Assembly: GCA_902518705.1 (NCBI GenBank)
Contig: CABYHW010000004.1
Location: 4,084-68,083 of the forward strand
DNA length: 64,000 nt
Reading direction: 5' to 3'
DNA from: an uncultured Alphaproteobacteria bacterium
Lineage (GTDB): Bacteria; Pseudomonadota; Alphaproteobacteria; HIMB59; GCA-002718135
The translations under genes and the position numbers were made by a program. Below, piece by piece: positions 47,903-55,725 of the stretch (position 1 is its first letter; each line of letters begins with the position of its first letter). The notes beneath the pieces were generated by a model. That model did not search any database. It worked only from the letters and a program-made list of their open reading frames with translations, and was not told the origin of the DNA.

Positions 47903-50065
47903 ATGAATTACAAGTTAGACAAAAATTATGAAGAAAAAGTTTATGCAGGTGTTTTGGGAAAAATTATAGGTGTATTTCTTGGAAGGCCTTTTGAAGGTTG
48001 GACCTATGAAAGAATAATGAAAGAGTTAGGTCCAATAAATTATTATGTAAATGAGAAATTAGATTTTCCCTTACCAGTTTCAGATGATGACATTACCGGT
48101 ACATTTACCTTTTTACGTGCTTTTAGAGAGTGCAATTTTAAAAAAAATATTACTGCTAAAGATATAGGTAAAACGTGGTTAAATAATATTATTGAAGATA
48201 AAACAATTCTATGGTGGGGAGGAAAGGGACATTCAGCAGAGGATACAGCTTTTCAAAATTTAAAACAGGGCATTGATGCACCTGATAGTGGTTCCATTAA
48301 AACTAATGGTAAGGTAATTGCTGAACAAATAGGAGCTCAAATTTTTATTGATGGTTGGGCCATGGTAGCACCTGGCGATCCAGAAAGAGCAGTTCATTAT
48401 GCTAAACTTGCTGCAAGTGTTAGTCATGATGGGGAGGCAATTTATGGCGCACAAGTTGTAGCTGCTCTAGAGTCAATGGCCTTTGTCGAAAGTGATTTAA
48501 CAAAGCTAGTTGAGCAAGCTAAAAAGTTTATCCCAGATAATTCACTAATATTTAGATTAATATCTGACATACAAGAATGGCGATCTGGAAATTTAGGTTG
48601 GGAACAAGCAAGAGAAAAAATTGCTGAAAATTACGGATACGATAAATATTTAGGTAACTGTCATATGGTACCCAATCATGCTTTAATTATTATGGCTTTA
48701 CTATTTGGAGATGATGATTTTCAAAAAACTATGATGATTGTGAATACAGCAGGTTGGGACACAGATTGTAATTCAGGAAATGTTGGTTGTATTTTAGGAA
48801 TTAAAAATGGAATAGAAGGACTAAAATCAGGTCCTGATTATTTGTCTCCTATCAATGATATTTTATATTGCCCCTCTGCATCAGGAGGTGAAACACTTAC
48901 TGACGCACTGACAGAAACTTATAAAATAATTAATACAACTAGAAAAATTAATGGTTTAGAAGAAAATTTACCTAAAAATGGAGCTAGATTTCATTTTGAT
49001 ATTAAAGACTCAACACAAGGTTGGCGAACAAGAGTTGGAAATAATTTTTGTGAAACAAAAATCAGTAATGTTGAATACAAATCTTCATTAGGAGAAAGAG
49101 GTTTAAAAATTGCATATAAAAATCTTTCAGAAGATTTAACTTCAGAAGTTTATGTAGAAACATTTTTTCCTGAGGTTATTTTAGATTTAAAAGGAAAAAA
49201 AAGAGATGATTTCTTTCATTACGATTATATTTCTTGTCCAACTATTTTTCCAGGTCAGAAAGTAACTTTGGAAATAGAAAATATATTTTCTCATGAAATC
49301 TCAATCACATTATTCTCAAAATATTGGGGTGAAAATGATAAACTCCAAAAAAATTCTTCAAATATTTTTAATTTAAGTGGAAATGAAAAAAAACAAATAT
49401 CTTGGAATGTGCCTGACACTAGCTCAAACCCTATTGGTCAAATCGGCTTTAATATCGCATCAAAGGAAAAAAAAGATGGAGAAGTTGTTATTAACTACGT
49501 CAATTTTGAAGGAGAACCGAAACAAATATTTAAAAGACCTGATCACGTAGAAAATTATCAAAGAGGTAAAGAAAAAAAAGAGGGTTACTATGGTGAAATT
49601 TGGAGAAATGCATGGGTTCAATCATTAGACAAATGGGAAAAGAGAGGTAAAAATTTTAGAATTTGCCAAAATAATGGTAGGGGAATTTTATTTACTGGAA
49701 CAGATTTATGGAGAAATTATTCAATTGCATCAAATATTATGTTGCAGTCTAGTAACTCTGGAGGAATAGTATCAAGAGTCCAAGGTGTAAATAAATACTA
49801 CACCTTTGAAATTTGTAAAGGCAACAAGTTACGCATTGGAAAGATGAATAATGATTATAAAATATTAAAAGAAGAAGAATTTGGTGTAGAATTTTTTAAA
49901 GAATATAATTTAAAAATGACAGTAATAAAAAATAAAATTATTGGACACATTAATGATAAAATTATTATTGAAGTTGAGGATGATCATTCTCCTTTTCTTA
50001 AAGGTGGAGCAGGTTTAGTTGTTGATAGCGGGACTTTAGTAACAGAACAGATAATCTTAAATTAA
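47903..50065 (+). CDS. ADP-ribosylglycohydrolase-family domain fused to a ~380-aa C-terminal beta-rich region
   Basis: 720 aa. N-terminal third to half carries ARH-family blocks (GVLGKIIGVFLGRPFEGW, VSDDDITGT, NTAGWDTDCNSGNVGCILG). The last ~130 aa (NYSIASNIMLQSSNSGGIVSRV...LKGGAGLVVDSGT) looks like a ConA-like/DUF1080-type beta-sandwich. Confidence 0.75.
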   Translation: MNYKLDKNYEEKVYAGVLGKIIGVFLGRPFEGWTYERIMKELGPINYYVNEKLDFPLPVSDDDITGTFTFLRAFRECNFKKNITAKDIGKTWLNNIIEDKTILWWGGKGHSAEDTAFQNLKQGIDAPDSGSIKTNGKVIAEQIGAQIFIDGWAMVAPGDPERAVHYAKLAASVSHDGEAIYGAQVVAALESMAFVESDLTKLVEQAKKFIPDNSLIFRLISDIQEWRSGNLGWEQAREKIAENYGYDKYLGNCHMVPNHALIIMALLFGDDDFQKTMMIVNTAGWDTDCNSGNVGCILGIKNGIEGLKSGPDYLSPINDILYCPSASGGETLTDALTETYKIINTTRKINGLEENLPKNGARFHFDIKDSTQGWRTRVGNNFCETKISNVEYKSSLGERGLKIAYKNLSEDLTSEVYVETFFPEVILDLKGKKRDDFFHYDYISCPTIFPGQKVTLEIENIFSHEISITLFSKYWGENDKLQKNSSNIFNLSGNEKKQISWNVPDTSSNPIGQIGFNIASKEKKDGEVVINYVNFEGEPKQIFKRPDHVENYQRGKEKKEGYYGEIWRNAWVQSLDKWEKRGKNFRICQNNGRGILFTGTDLWRNYSIASNIMLQSSNSGGIVSRVQGVNKYYTFEICKGNKLRIGKMNNDYKILKEEEFGVEFFKEYNLKMTVIKNKIIGHINDKIIIEVEDDHSPFLKGGAGLVVDSGTLVTEQIILN

Positions 50066-50068
50066 AGT

Positions 50069-51052
50069 ATGAAATATAGAAAATTTGGCTCTCTTGATTG
50101 GAATGTATCTGAAATAGGTTTAGGCTGTTGGCAGATTGGCGCTGATTGGGGAAAGGTTAGTGAAGAGAAGGCAAATGAAGTATTACAATCATCATTTGAA
50201 AATGGAGTAAACTTTTTTGATACAGCTGATGTATATGGTGATGGTAGAAGTGAAAAATTTGTGGGAAATTTTATAAATTCTATTTCTGAGAGAATTTATG
50301 TAGCAACAAAAGCTGGTAGACGTATTAACCCACACGTTGCAAACGGTTATTATGATAAAGATTTAATGGAGTCATTTGTAGACCGATCATTATCAAATCT
50401 AAATATTGAAACTATTGATCTTTTACAAATGCATTGTCCTCCAACAGAAGTTTATTCATCAGATAATACTTTTGAAATGTTAGATTACTTAGTAGGTAAA
50501 GGAAAAATACAAAATTATGGGTTTAGCGTTGAAACAGTTGATCAAGCATTAGAATGTATAAAAAAACCTCAAACAAAGTCTATTCAAGTTATCTTTAACA
50601 TTTTTAGACAAAAACCTGCGGAACAATTATTTAAAATAGCAAAAGAAAAAAAAGTAGCAATTATAATTAGAGTTCCTCTTGCTAGCGGTTTGTTATCAGG
50701 AAAATTTGATAAAAATTCTTCTTTTGTCTCTGACGATCACCGAAATTATAATATTAACGGTGATGCATTTGATGTTGGTGAAACATTCTCTGGTGTTAAT
50801 TATTCAAAAGCATTGGAAGCAGTTGAAGAACTTAAAAATATTATTCCAAATGAAGTAACTCTTTCTCAATTATCTCTTAAATGGATTTTAATGCATGAAG
50901 CTGTGAGTGTTGTTATTCCGGGTGCAAAAAATAAGGATCATGTAGATCTAAATACTGCCTCTAGTGAAGTTAATGAAATTTCTTCTTTAATGAATAAAAT
51001 AAATCAAATTTATACAAAATATTTCTATGATGATGTACATCATCGTTGGTAA
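50069..51052 (+). CDS. Aldo/keto reductase
   Basis: 327 aa. GLGCWQIG, FFDTADVYGDGRSE, IDLLQMH, VIPGAKN. Confidence 0.85.
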   Translation: MKYRKFGSLDWNVSEIGLGCWQIGADWGKVSEEKANEVLQSSFENGVNFFDTADVYGDGRSEKFVGNFINSISERIYVATKAGRRINPHVANGYYDKDLMESFVDRSLSNLNIETIDLLQMHCPPTEVYSSDNTFEMLDYLVGKGKIQNYGFSVETVDQALECIKKPQTKSIQVIFNIFRQKPAEQLFKIAKEKKVAIIIRVPLASGLLSGKFDKNSSFVSDDHRNYNINGDAFDVGETFSGVNYSKALEAVEELKNIIPNEVTLSQLSLKWILMHEAVSVVIPGAKNKDHVDLNTASSEVNEISSLMNKINQIYTKYFYDDVHHRW

Positions 51053-52206
51053 TAAATTTTGTGTTAGAAGAAACTAAGATATTTAGAAGAGCAACTCTTG
51101 CATCAATAATAACATCAACTTATCCCATGATAGTTGTTGGATGTTACTTCGGTATTACTCCGTGGAATATGAACAGATTGTCAATTGATGAAACTGATTT
51201 GAGTTTTTCAATATTAATTTTTGGAATTTTTTTTGTGTTATCAAATCAAATAGCTGGAAGAATATTAGTCCCAAAATATGGAACAAGGTTAGTTATGTCT
51301 TTGGCCTTTCCACTAATTACCTTTTCTTCATTGTTATCGATAACATCTTCATCATATCTTTATTTTTTATTAACTTTTATTCCAGCTGGGATAGGATGGG
51401 GGGCTTCTGGACCGATTGGAGGCATACATTGTCAACTAATTGAAAAATATTTTAAGAAAATTATTACTCCTTATTACGCTATGGGTTTCAATATTGGTAT
51501 TCTTGTTGGTGGAGGTTTGGCGGGTATAATTATGCGTTACAACTTTGAGCCTTATATTTTTTTTCTAGTTTTATCTTTTTCTTCAATATTAGTTGCATTC
51601 TTAGTTCTTCATCTAGGATTACCGAGTAATTTAGATTTTAAAGGTAAAGGTGAAAAATTTAAAATTCCAGAGTCAAATGTTCTTATATTTGGTTTCTTAT
51701 TATTTTTTGTTTTTGGTTCTGGCGGTATAATTATGGATTGGTCAACATTATGGCTATCAAAAGATTTAAATGCCCCTCTTTATCTTGCAAGCATGGGTTT
51801 AATATTTTTTAGTATTGGAGGTATTTTTGCGAATTTATTCTCTAACACTTTAATTAATTTATTTACTGAAAAAGTTGTAGGATGTCATTTTGTGATGATT
51901 GGCGCATTAGTAATGTTTTTATCTTTATTAACAAACAATTTTTATATTATACTAGGAATCTTATGTATTTATGGATTTGCTATAGCAAACTTGGTTCCTA
52001 TAGTCATTCGCCAAGCTGTTAAGCAGTCTAACGAAAGTATTCCTATGACAGTAACTAATCTCATAACCATTGGATTATCTTCCACAATGATTATGCCAGC
52101 GGCAATCGGTTTTCTTGCAGAAACATTTTCGCTAACTTTGAATATGTATTTACTATCTATTATTGTTTTTACTTCTGGATTTGTTTTTTTACTTAAGTTT
52201 AAATGA
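51046..52206 (+). CDS. MFS transporter (paralogue 2)
   Basis: 386 aa, about 12 TM. N-terminal block PWNMNRLSIDETDLSFSILIFGIFFVLSNQIAGRILVPKYGT parallels the MFS at 37659-38813. Confidence 0.8.
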   Translation: MVINFVLEETKIFRRATLASIITSTYPMIVVGCYFGITPWNMNRLSIDETDLSFSILIFGIFFVLSNQIAGRILVPKYGTRLVMSLAFPLITFSSLLSITSSSYLYFLLTFIPAGIGWGASGPIGGIHCQLIEKYFKKIITPYYAMGFNIGILVGGGLAGIIMRYNFEPYIFFLVLSFSSILVAFLVLHLGLPSNLDFKGKGEKFKIPESNVLIFGFLLFFVFGSGGIIMDWSTLWLSKDLNAPLYLASMGLIFFSIGGIFANLFSNTLINLFTEKVVGCHFVMIGALVMFLSLLTNNFYIILGILCIYGFAIANLVPIVIRQAVKQSNESIPMTVTNLITIGLSSTMIMPAAIGFLAETFSLTLNMYLLSIIVFTSGFVFLLKFK

Positions 52207-53018
52207 AATTAATGAATAAATTAAAAATATCTCAAGTTCAATTTCAAGCAAGTCATATCCCAGCTTTAAATGCTGAGATTCTTGAGAAAAGTTTTAATAA
52301 AACATTAAAATTTAAGCCTCACTTAATTTGTACGCCTGAATGCTCTAACATGATAACCAATGACAAAAATTATTTAATAACAAATGCTCCATATCAAAAC
52401 ACCTGTCCAGTTTTGAAAATGGCAAAAGATTTTGCTAAAAAAAATAAAATTACTATAAATCTTGGCTCCTTACTTTTAAAAATCAAAAATCAAAGAAAAC
52501 TTGTAAATAGATCTTATTTTATAAATAATAATGGTGTTGTAGAAAAAACTTATGATAAAATTCATATGTTTGATGTTAAAATTAATAACAAAGAAAAACA
52601 TCAAGAGTCATCTTTGTTTCAAGCTGGTAATGAAATAACTTATGCAAAAATAAAAAACATTAAAATAGGAATGACAATTTGTTATGATTTACGATTTCCT
52701 AATTTATACAGACAACTTTCCAAAAAAGATTGTTCAATTATTTTAGTTCCTGCTGCTTTCACTAGACCAACTGGAAAAGATCATTGGGAAATTTTAAATC
52801 GATCAAGAGCTATAGAAAATAATGTATTTATTTTGGCAACTGGGATGTGTGGAAACCATCATATGCAAAGGAAAACTTATGGATATTCTCTCATAGTAGA
52901 TCCTTGGGGAAAGATTGTAAATTATACTAAAAATAGACCTTCTACACTTAATTCAACTATTAATATTTCAGAGGTAAAAAAAATAAGAAAAAAAATTCCC
53001 TCATTAAAATATGAGTAA
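52203..53018 (+). CDS. Carbon-nitrogen hydrolase (Nit/omega-amidase-like)
   Basis: 271 aa. Glu-Lys-Cys triad contexts CTPECSN, YDKIHMFD, MTICYDLRFP. Confidence 0.8.
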   Translation: MKLMNKLKISQVQFQASHIPALNAEILEKSFNKTLKFKPHLICTPECSNMITNDKNYLITNAPYQNTCPVLKMAKDFAKKNKITINLGSLLLKIKNQRKLVNRSYFINNNGVVEKTYDKIHMFDVKINNKEKHQESSLFQAGNEITYAKIKNIKIGMTICYDLRFPNLYRQLSKKDCSIILVPAAFTRPTGKDHWEILNRSRAIENNVFILATGMCGNHHMQRKTYGYSLIVDPWGKIVNYTKNRPSTLNSTINISEVKKIRKKIPSLKYE

Positions 53019-53634
53019 TTTTAAATCATTAGTTTCAGGTGTCGGAAATTTAAATAAAACTACAAAATATTATGATGATTGGTCAGAAAAATATGATGAA
53101 ACACTTAAGTTATGGAATTATCAAGCACCCAAAAAAAGCATTAAATTTTTAAAAGAAACAACTAATTTTAAACCAAATAATATCTTAGATTTAGCATGTG
53201 GAACTGGCTTATTTGGTGCCAAATTAAAAAAAGTTTATCCAAAAAGTCATATATATGGATCAGATATTTCAAAAAAAAGCTTAAAAATTTCATCAGAAAA
53301 AAAAATTTATAAAAAATTACAAATAAAAAACTTTGAACAACTACATAATTATAAAATAAAATTTGATCTTATTTCTTTGATTGGCTCTATGACGTATTGT
53401 AAAAACTTTGATAAACTTTTTGTTAATATTAATAAAAATATTAAACAGAAAGGCTTTGTTTTATTTACTCATAGAATTGATTTATGGCAGAAACAGAATT
53501 TTTTAAGTATTTTAAAAAATCATCAAAAATCATTAAAAATCATTAAAATTTCTAGGCCTTTAAATTATTTACCTTTGAATAAAGATTTCAAAAATAAAAT
53601 AAAAATAAAAATTGTTTTATTACAAAAATATTAA
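53011..53634 (+). CDS. Class I SAM-dependent methyltransferase
   Basis: 207 aa. Motif I ILDLACGTGLFG; acidic post-I residue in GSDIS. Confidence 0.75.
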   Translation: MSNFKSLVSGVGNLNKTTKYYDDWSEKYDETLKLWNYQAPKKSIKFLKETTNFKPNNILDLACGTGLFGAKLKKVYPKSHIYGSDISKKSLKISSEKKIYKKLQIKNFEQLHNYKIKFDLISLIGSMTYCKNFDKLFVNINKNIKQKGFVLFTHRIDLWQKQNFLSILKNHQKSLKIIKISRPLNYLPLNKDFKNKIKIKIVLLQKY

Positions 53635-53724
53635 AATTTAGGCTTTTTAATTAAAAAATTTGAGCCAGAACCGAGAATCGGGTATTTATTGGTTAGGTTT
53701 ATTTTCTATCCATAAACCAACGAT

Positions 53725-53759
53725 AAAAGAAGGGATATTCGCCGTGTCCCTTCTTTTTT
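53725..53759. terminator. Bidirectional rho-independent terminator between convergent methyltransferase and mntR genes
   Basis: 11-bp stem aaaagaaggga / tcccttctttt with an 11-nt loop. T-run on the plus strand and TTTTAT on the minus strand. Confidence 0.7.
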
Positions 53760-53796
53760 ATACACTAGATAAAATTGATTTGGCAATAAATTAAAT

Positions 53797-54210
53797 TTAT
53801 TTTTTTGAGTTAAAATTATCCATTTTTCGAAGTGTCTTTTCACTTACGTGATGCTCTATTCCTTCAGCATCTTCAGAGGCCGTATTTTTGTCTAAACCAA
53901 GATTGCGTAAAAAATTGTAGACTATATTATGCCTTTTTCTTGATTCACTTGCTATTTTTTGACCTTTAAAAGTTAAAAAAATTGATCGATAAGGTTCTCT
54001 TTTAATGTAACCCTGTGTTTGTAATCTTTGTATTGTTTTATTGGCTGTGGCTTGTGCAATACCCAAACTTTCAGCAATATCAACAATACGAGCTTCTCCT
54101 CTAGAATTTAACAGTTCTGCAATTAGTTCTAGATAATCTTCAGTATTTTCTGTTTTATGAGCATTTCGGACTTTACTGAATGACATCCCTTTTTTTAACA
54201 TAATAATCAA
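53797..54210 (-). CDS. mntR: DtxR-family manganese-responsive transcriptional regulator
   Basis: 137 aa. TEDYLELIAEL, winged-helix ARIVDIAESLGIAQATANKTIQRL, RHNIVYNFL, EGIEHHVS. Confidence 0.8.
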   Translation of the reverse strand: MIIMLKKGMSFSKVRNAHKTENTEDYLELIAELLNSRGEARIVDIAESLGIAQATANKTIQRLQTQGYIKREPYRSIFLTFKGQKIASESRKRHNIVYNFLRNLGLDKNTASEDAEGIEHHVSEKTLRKMDNFNSKK

Positions 54211-54226
54211 TAAAATTTAACAGAAA

Positions 54227-54244
54227 ATATAGCCATAGCTATAT
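54227..54244. promoter_or_regulatory. Candidate MntR operator (palindrome ATATAGC-CATA-GCTATAT) in the mntR/mntX divergent promoter
   Basis: 18-bp palindrome with 8 of 9 positions pairing. Same TAGC-N4-GCTA core architecture as enterobacterial MntR boxes (CATAGC-N4-GCTATG). An extra half-site AGCTATAT repeats at 54250-54257. Confidence 0.55.
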
Positions 54245-54266
54245 TTATTAGCTATATATACATTCA

Positions 54267-55415
54267 ATGAATGCGCTAATTAATGCTATTAATGAAAAAA
54301 CAAAGATCATTCTTGAGAATGATGGAAGGTTATTAAAGAAATCTTTCTTTGGTCTTTTACTACTTTCCCTTGTTTTTCAAGGGGGTGAATTTGGTGATGC
54401 TATAAGATCATCAATGATTGATGCTTATATTCAAGTATCTGTTTTTGTTGGATTTACTCTTTTTGTTTTTATTGGCTTGGATAGTTTAACAAAATTTGAT
54501 GTAAAGAATTTTTTAGCTAAAACGCAAAAGTTCCATGTTGGTATAGCTGCGTTTTTAGGTGCAATACCTGGATGTGGTGGAGCTATAATAGTTGTGACAC
54601 AATATATTCAGGGCCGTATTTCTTTTGGGTCTTTAGTAGCGGTATTAACAGCAACAATGGGCGATGCAGCTTTTTTAATACTTGCTATTGAGCCCACAAC
54701 AGGATTTTTAATATTTGGTATTGGAATAATTGTTGGATCAATTTCAGGTTATATAATTGATTTTATTCATGGCATAAATTTTATGCAATCAGAGACAAAA
54801 ATAAAAGTTGAATTTGAAAAAATAAATAAAACTTTTGTATCGAATTTTAATTTCTTTTGGCTTTTTTTATTTATTCCTGGTTTTATTTTAGGTATTCTAG
54901 TTGCATTCCAGATAGAATTTTCACCAGCTTATAACTCACTTTTAGTTTTTGTAGCTTCAGCTGGAGCAATACTTTCAATATTTATGTGGTCATTAAATCC
55001 ATTAAGTGATTTTCAATGCTCAACTGACAAAAGCAGAGGATTATTATCAAGAGTAGTAGATACAACTAATTTTGTAACCACCTGGGTCATTAGTGGTTTC
55101 CTTGTCTTTGAAATATTTATGTACTTTACAAGTTTAGATTTAAAAATATTTTTTGATTTATGGCTACCGTTTGTTCCATTAGTAGCAATATTATTTGGGT
55201 TTTTACCTGGTTGTGGACCGCAAGTTGTTGTGGCAACGTTTTATCTAAATGGCTATATTCCTCTTTCTGCAGAGCTTGGTAATGCTATTTCAAATGATGG
55301 TGATGCTTTATTCCCAGCAATTGCTCTTGCCCCAAAAGCTGCGATTTTAGCAACTCTTTATAGTGCAATTCCTGCATTAGTTGTTGCCTACGGATATTTT
55401 TACCTATTTGAGTAA
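54267..55415 (+). CDS. mntX: Putative manganese transporter of the MntX type (10-TM, two PGCG repeats)
   Basis: 382 aa polytopic protein with internally repeated motifs [15 protein letters not shown]...MGDAAF and [15 protein letters not shown]...NDGDALF. Divergent from mntR with a palindromic operator between them. Confidence 0.55.
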   Translation: MNALINAINEKTKIILENDGRLLKKSFFGLLLLSLVFQGGEFGDAIRSSMIDAYIQVSVFVGFTLFVFIGLDSLTKFDVKNFLAKTQKFHVGIAAFLGAIPGCGGAIIVVTQYIQGRISFGSLVAVLTATMGDAAFLILAIEPTTGFLIFGIGIIVGSISGYIIDFIHGINFMQSETKIKVEFEKINKTFVSNFNFFWLFLFIPGFILGILVAFQIEFSPAYNSLLVFVASAGAILSIFMWSLNPLSDFQCSTDKSRGLLSRVVDTTNFVTTWVISGFLVFEIFMYFTSLDLKIFFDLWLPFVPLVAILFGFLPGCGPQVVVATFYLNGYIPLSAELGNAISNDGDALFPAIALAPKAAILATLYSAIPALVVAYGYFYLFE

Positions 55416-55419
55416 AATC

Positions 55420-55566
55420 TTGAAGAAAAACTTACCATCTAAAGTTTGTATTGTTTGCAATAAGCCATTCTCTTGGAGAAAAAAATGGGAAAGAGATTGG
55501 AAGAATGTTTTATATTGTTCTAAGAAATGCTCTAAAAATGGATTAAAAAAAAATAATAATAATTAA
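55420..55566 (+). CDS. DUF2256-like small zinc-ribbon protein
   Basis: [33 protein letters not shown] matches the DUF2256 CxxC...CxxC pattern. The ORF has no ATG; candidate TTG starts at 55420 (5 nt after the mntX stop), 55408 or 55381. Confidence 0.6.
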   Translation: MKKNLPSKVCIVCNKPFSWRKKWERDWKNVLYCSKKCSKNGLKKNNNN

Positions 55567-55575
55567 ATCTTATTT

Positions 55576-55725
55576 ATGACAGATAAATTAAATAAAGAAA
55601 AAGATACACATCAAACAAAAAATGATTCTAAAAAAGAAATACGCTTAACGAGATTAAAAAGGTTAGAAAAAAAACTGAAATCAAATATTTTAAAAAGAAA
55701 ACAAGCTATTAGCAAAAATGGATAA
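55576..55725 (+). CDS. Possible 49-aa highly basic small protein overlapping the murA start
   Basis: ATG 55576, MTDKLNKEKDTHQTKNDSKKEIRLTRLKRLEKKLKSNILKRKQAISKNG, stop 55723-55725, overlapping the murA ATG in ATGGATAA. No clear SD. Confidence 0.3.
   Translation: MTDKLNKEKDTHQTKNDSKKEIRLTRLKRLEKKLKSNILKRKQAISKNG

Noticed and set aside
53525-53544. Tandem 10-mer AAAAATCATT x2 inside the methyltransferase gene; checked as a possible repeat element or CRISPR-like feature.
   Set aside because: There are only two units, it is inside a CDS (encoding KSLKIIKI), and it is AT-rich low complexity. There is no spacer/repeat architecture.
53662-53685. Segment aaccgagaatcg resembling the 3' (T-arm) part of the tRNA-Thr gene at 37594-37668. 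Considered as a possible att-site remnant delimiting a 16-kb island.
   Set aside because: Only about 11-12 nt match. The flanks cannot form a T-arm or acceptor stem. The fragment lies on the 5' side of the tRNA, whereas integration leaves the duplicate on the 3' side. No integrase is present. Probably chance, plus a small ccga/tcgg hairpin.
53635-53724. About 90 nt between the methyltransferase stop and the terminator, with small hairpins (TTTTTAATTAAAAA palindrome, ggtttat/ataaacc). Considered as an sRNA or Mn riboswitch because of the neighbouring mntR/mntX.
   Set aside because: I could not recognise any known riboswitch core (e.g. yybP-ykoY). It is on the wrong side of mntR to regulate mntX. 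The stems are short and AT-rich. It is most simply a 3' UTR preceding a shared bidirectional terminator.
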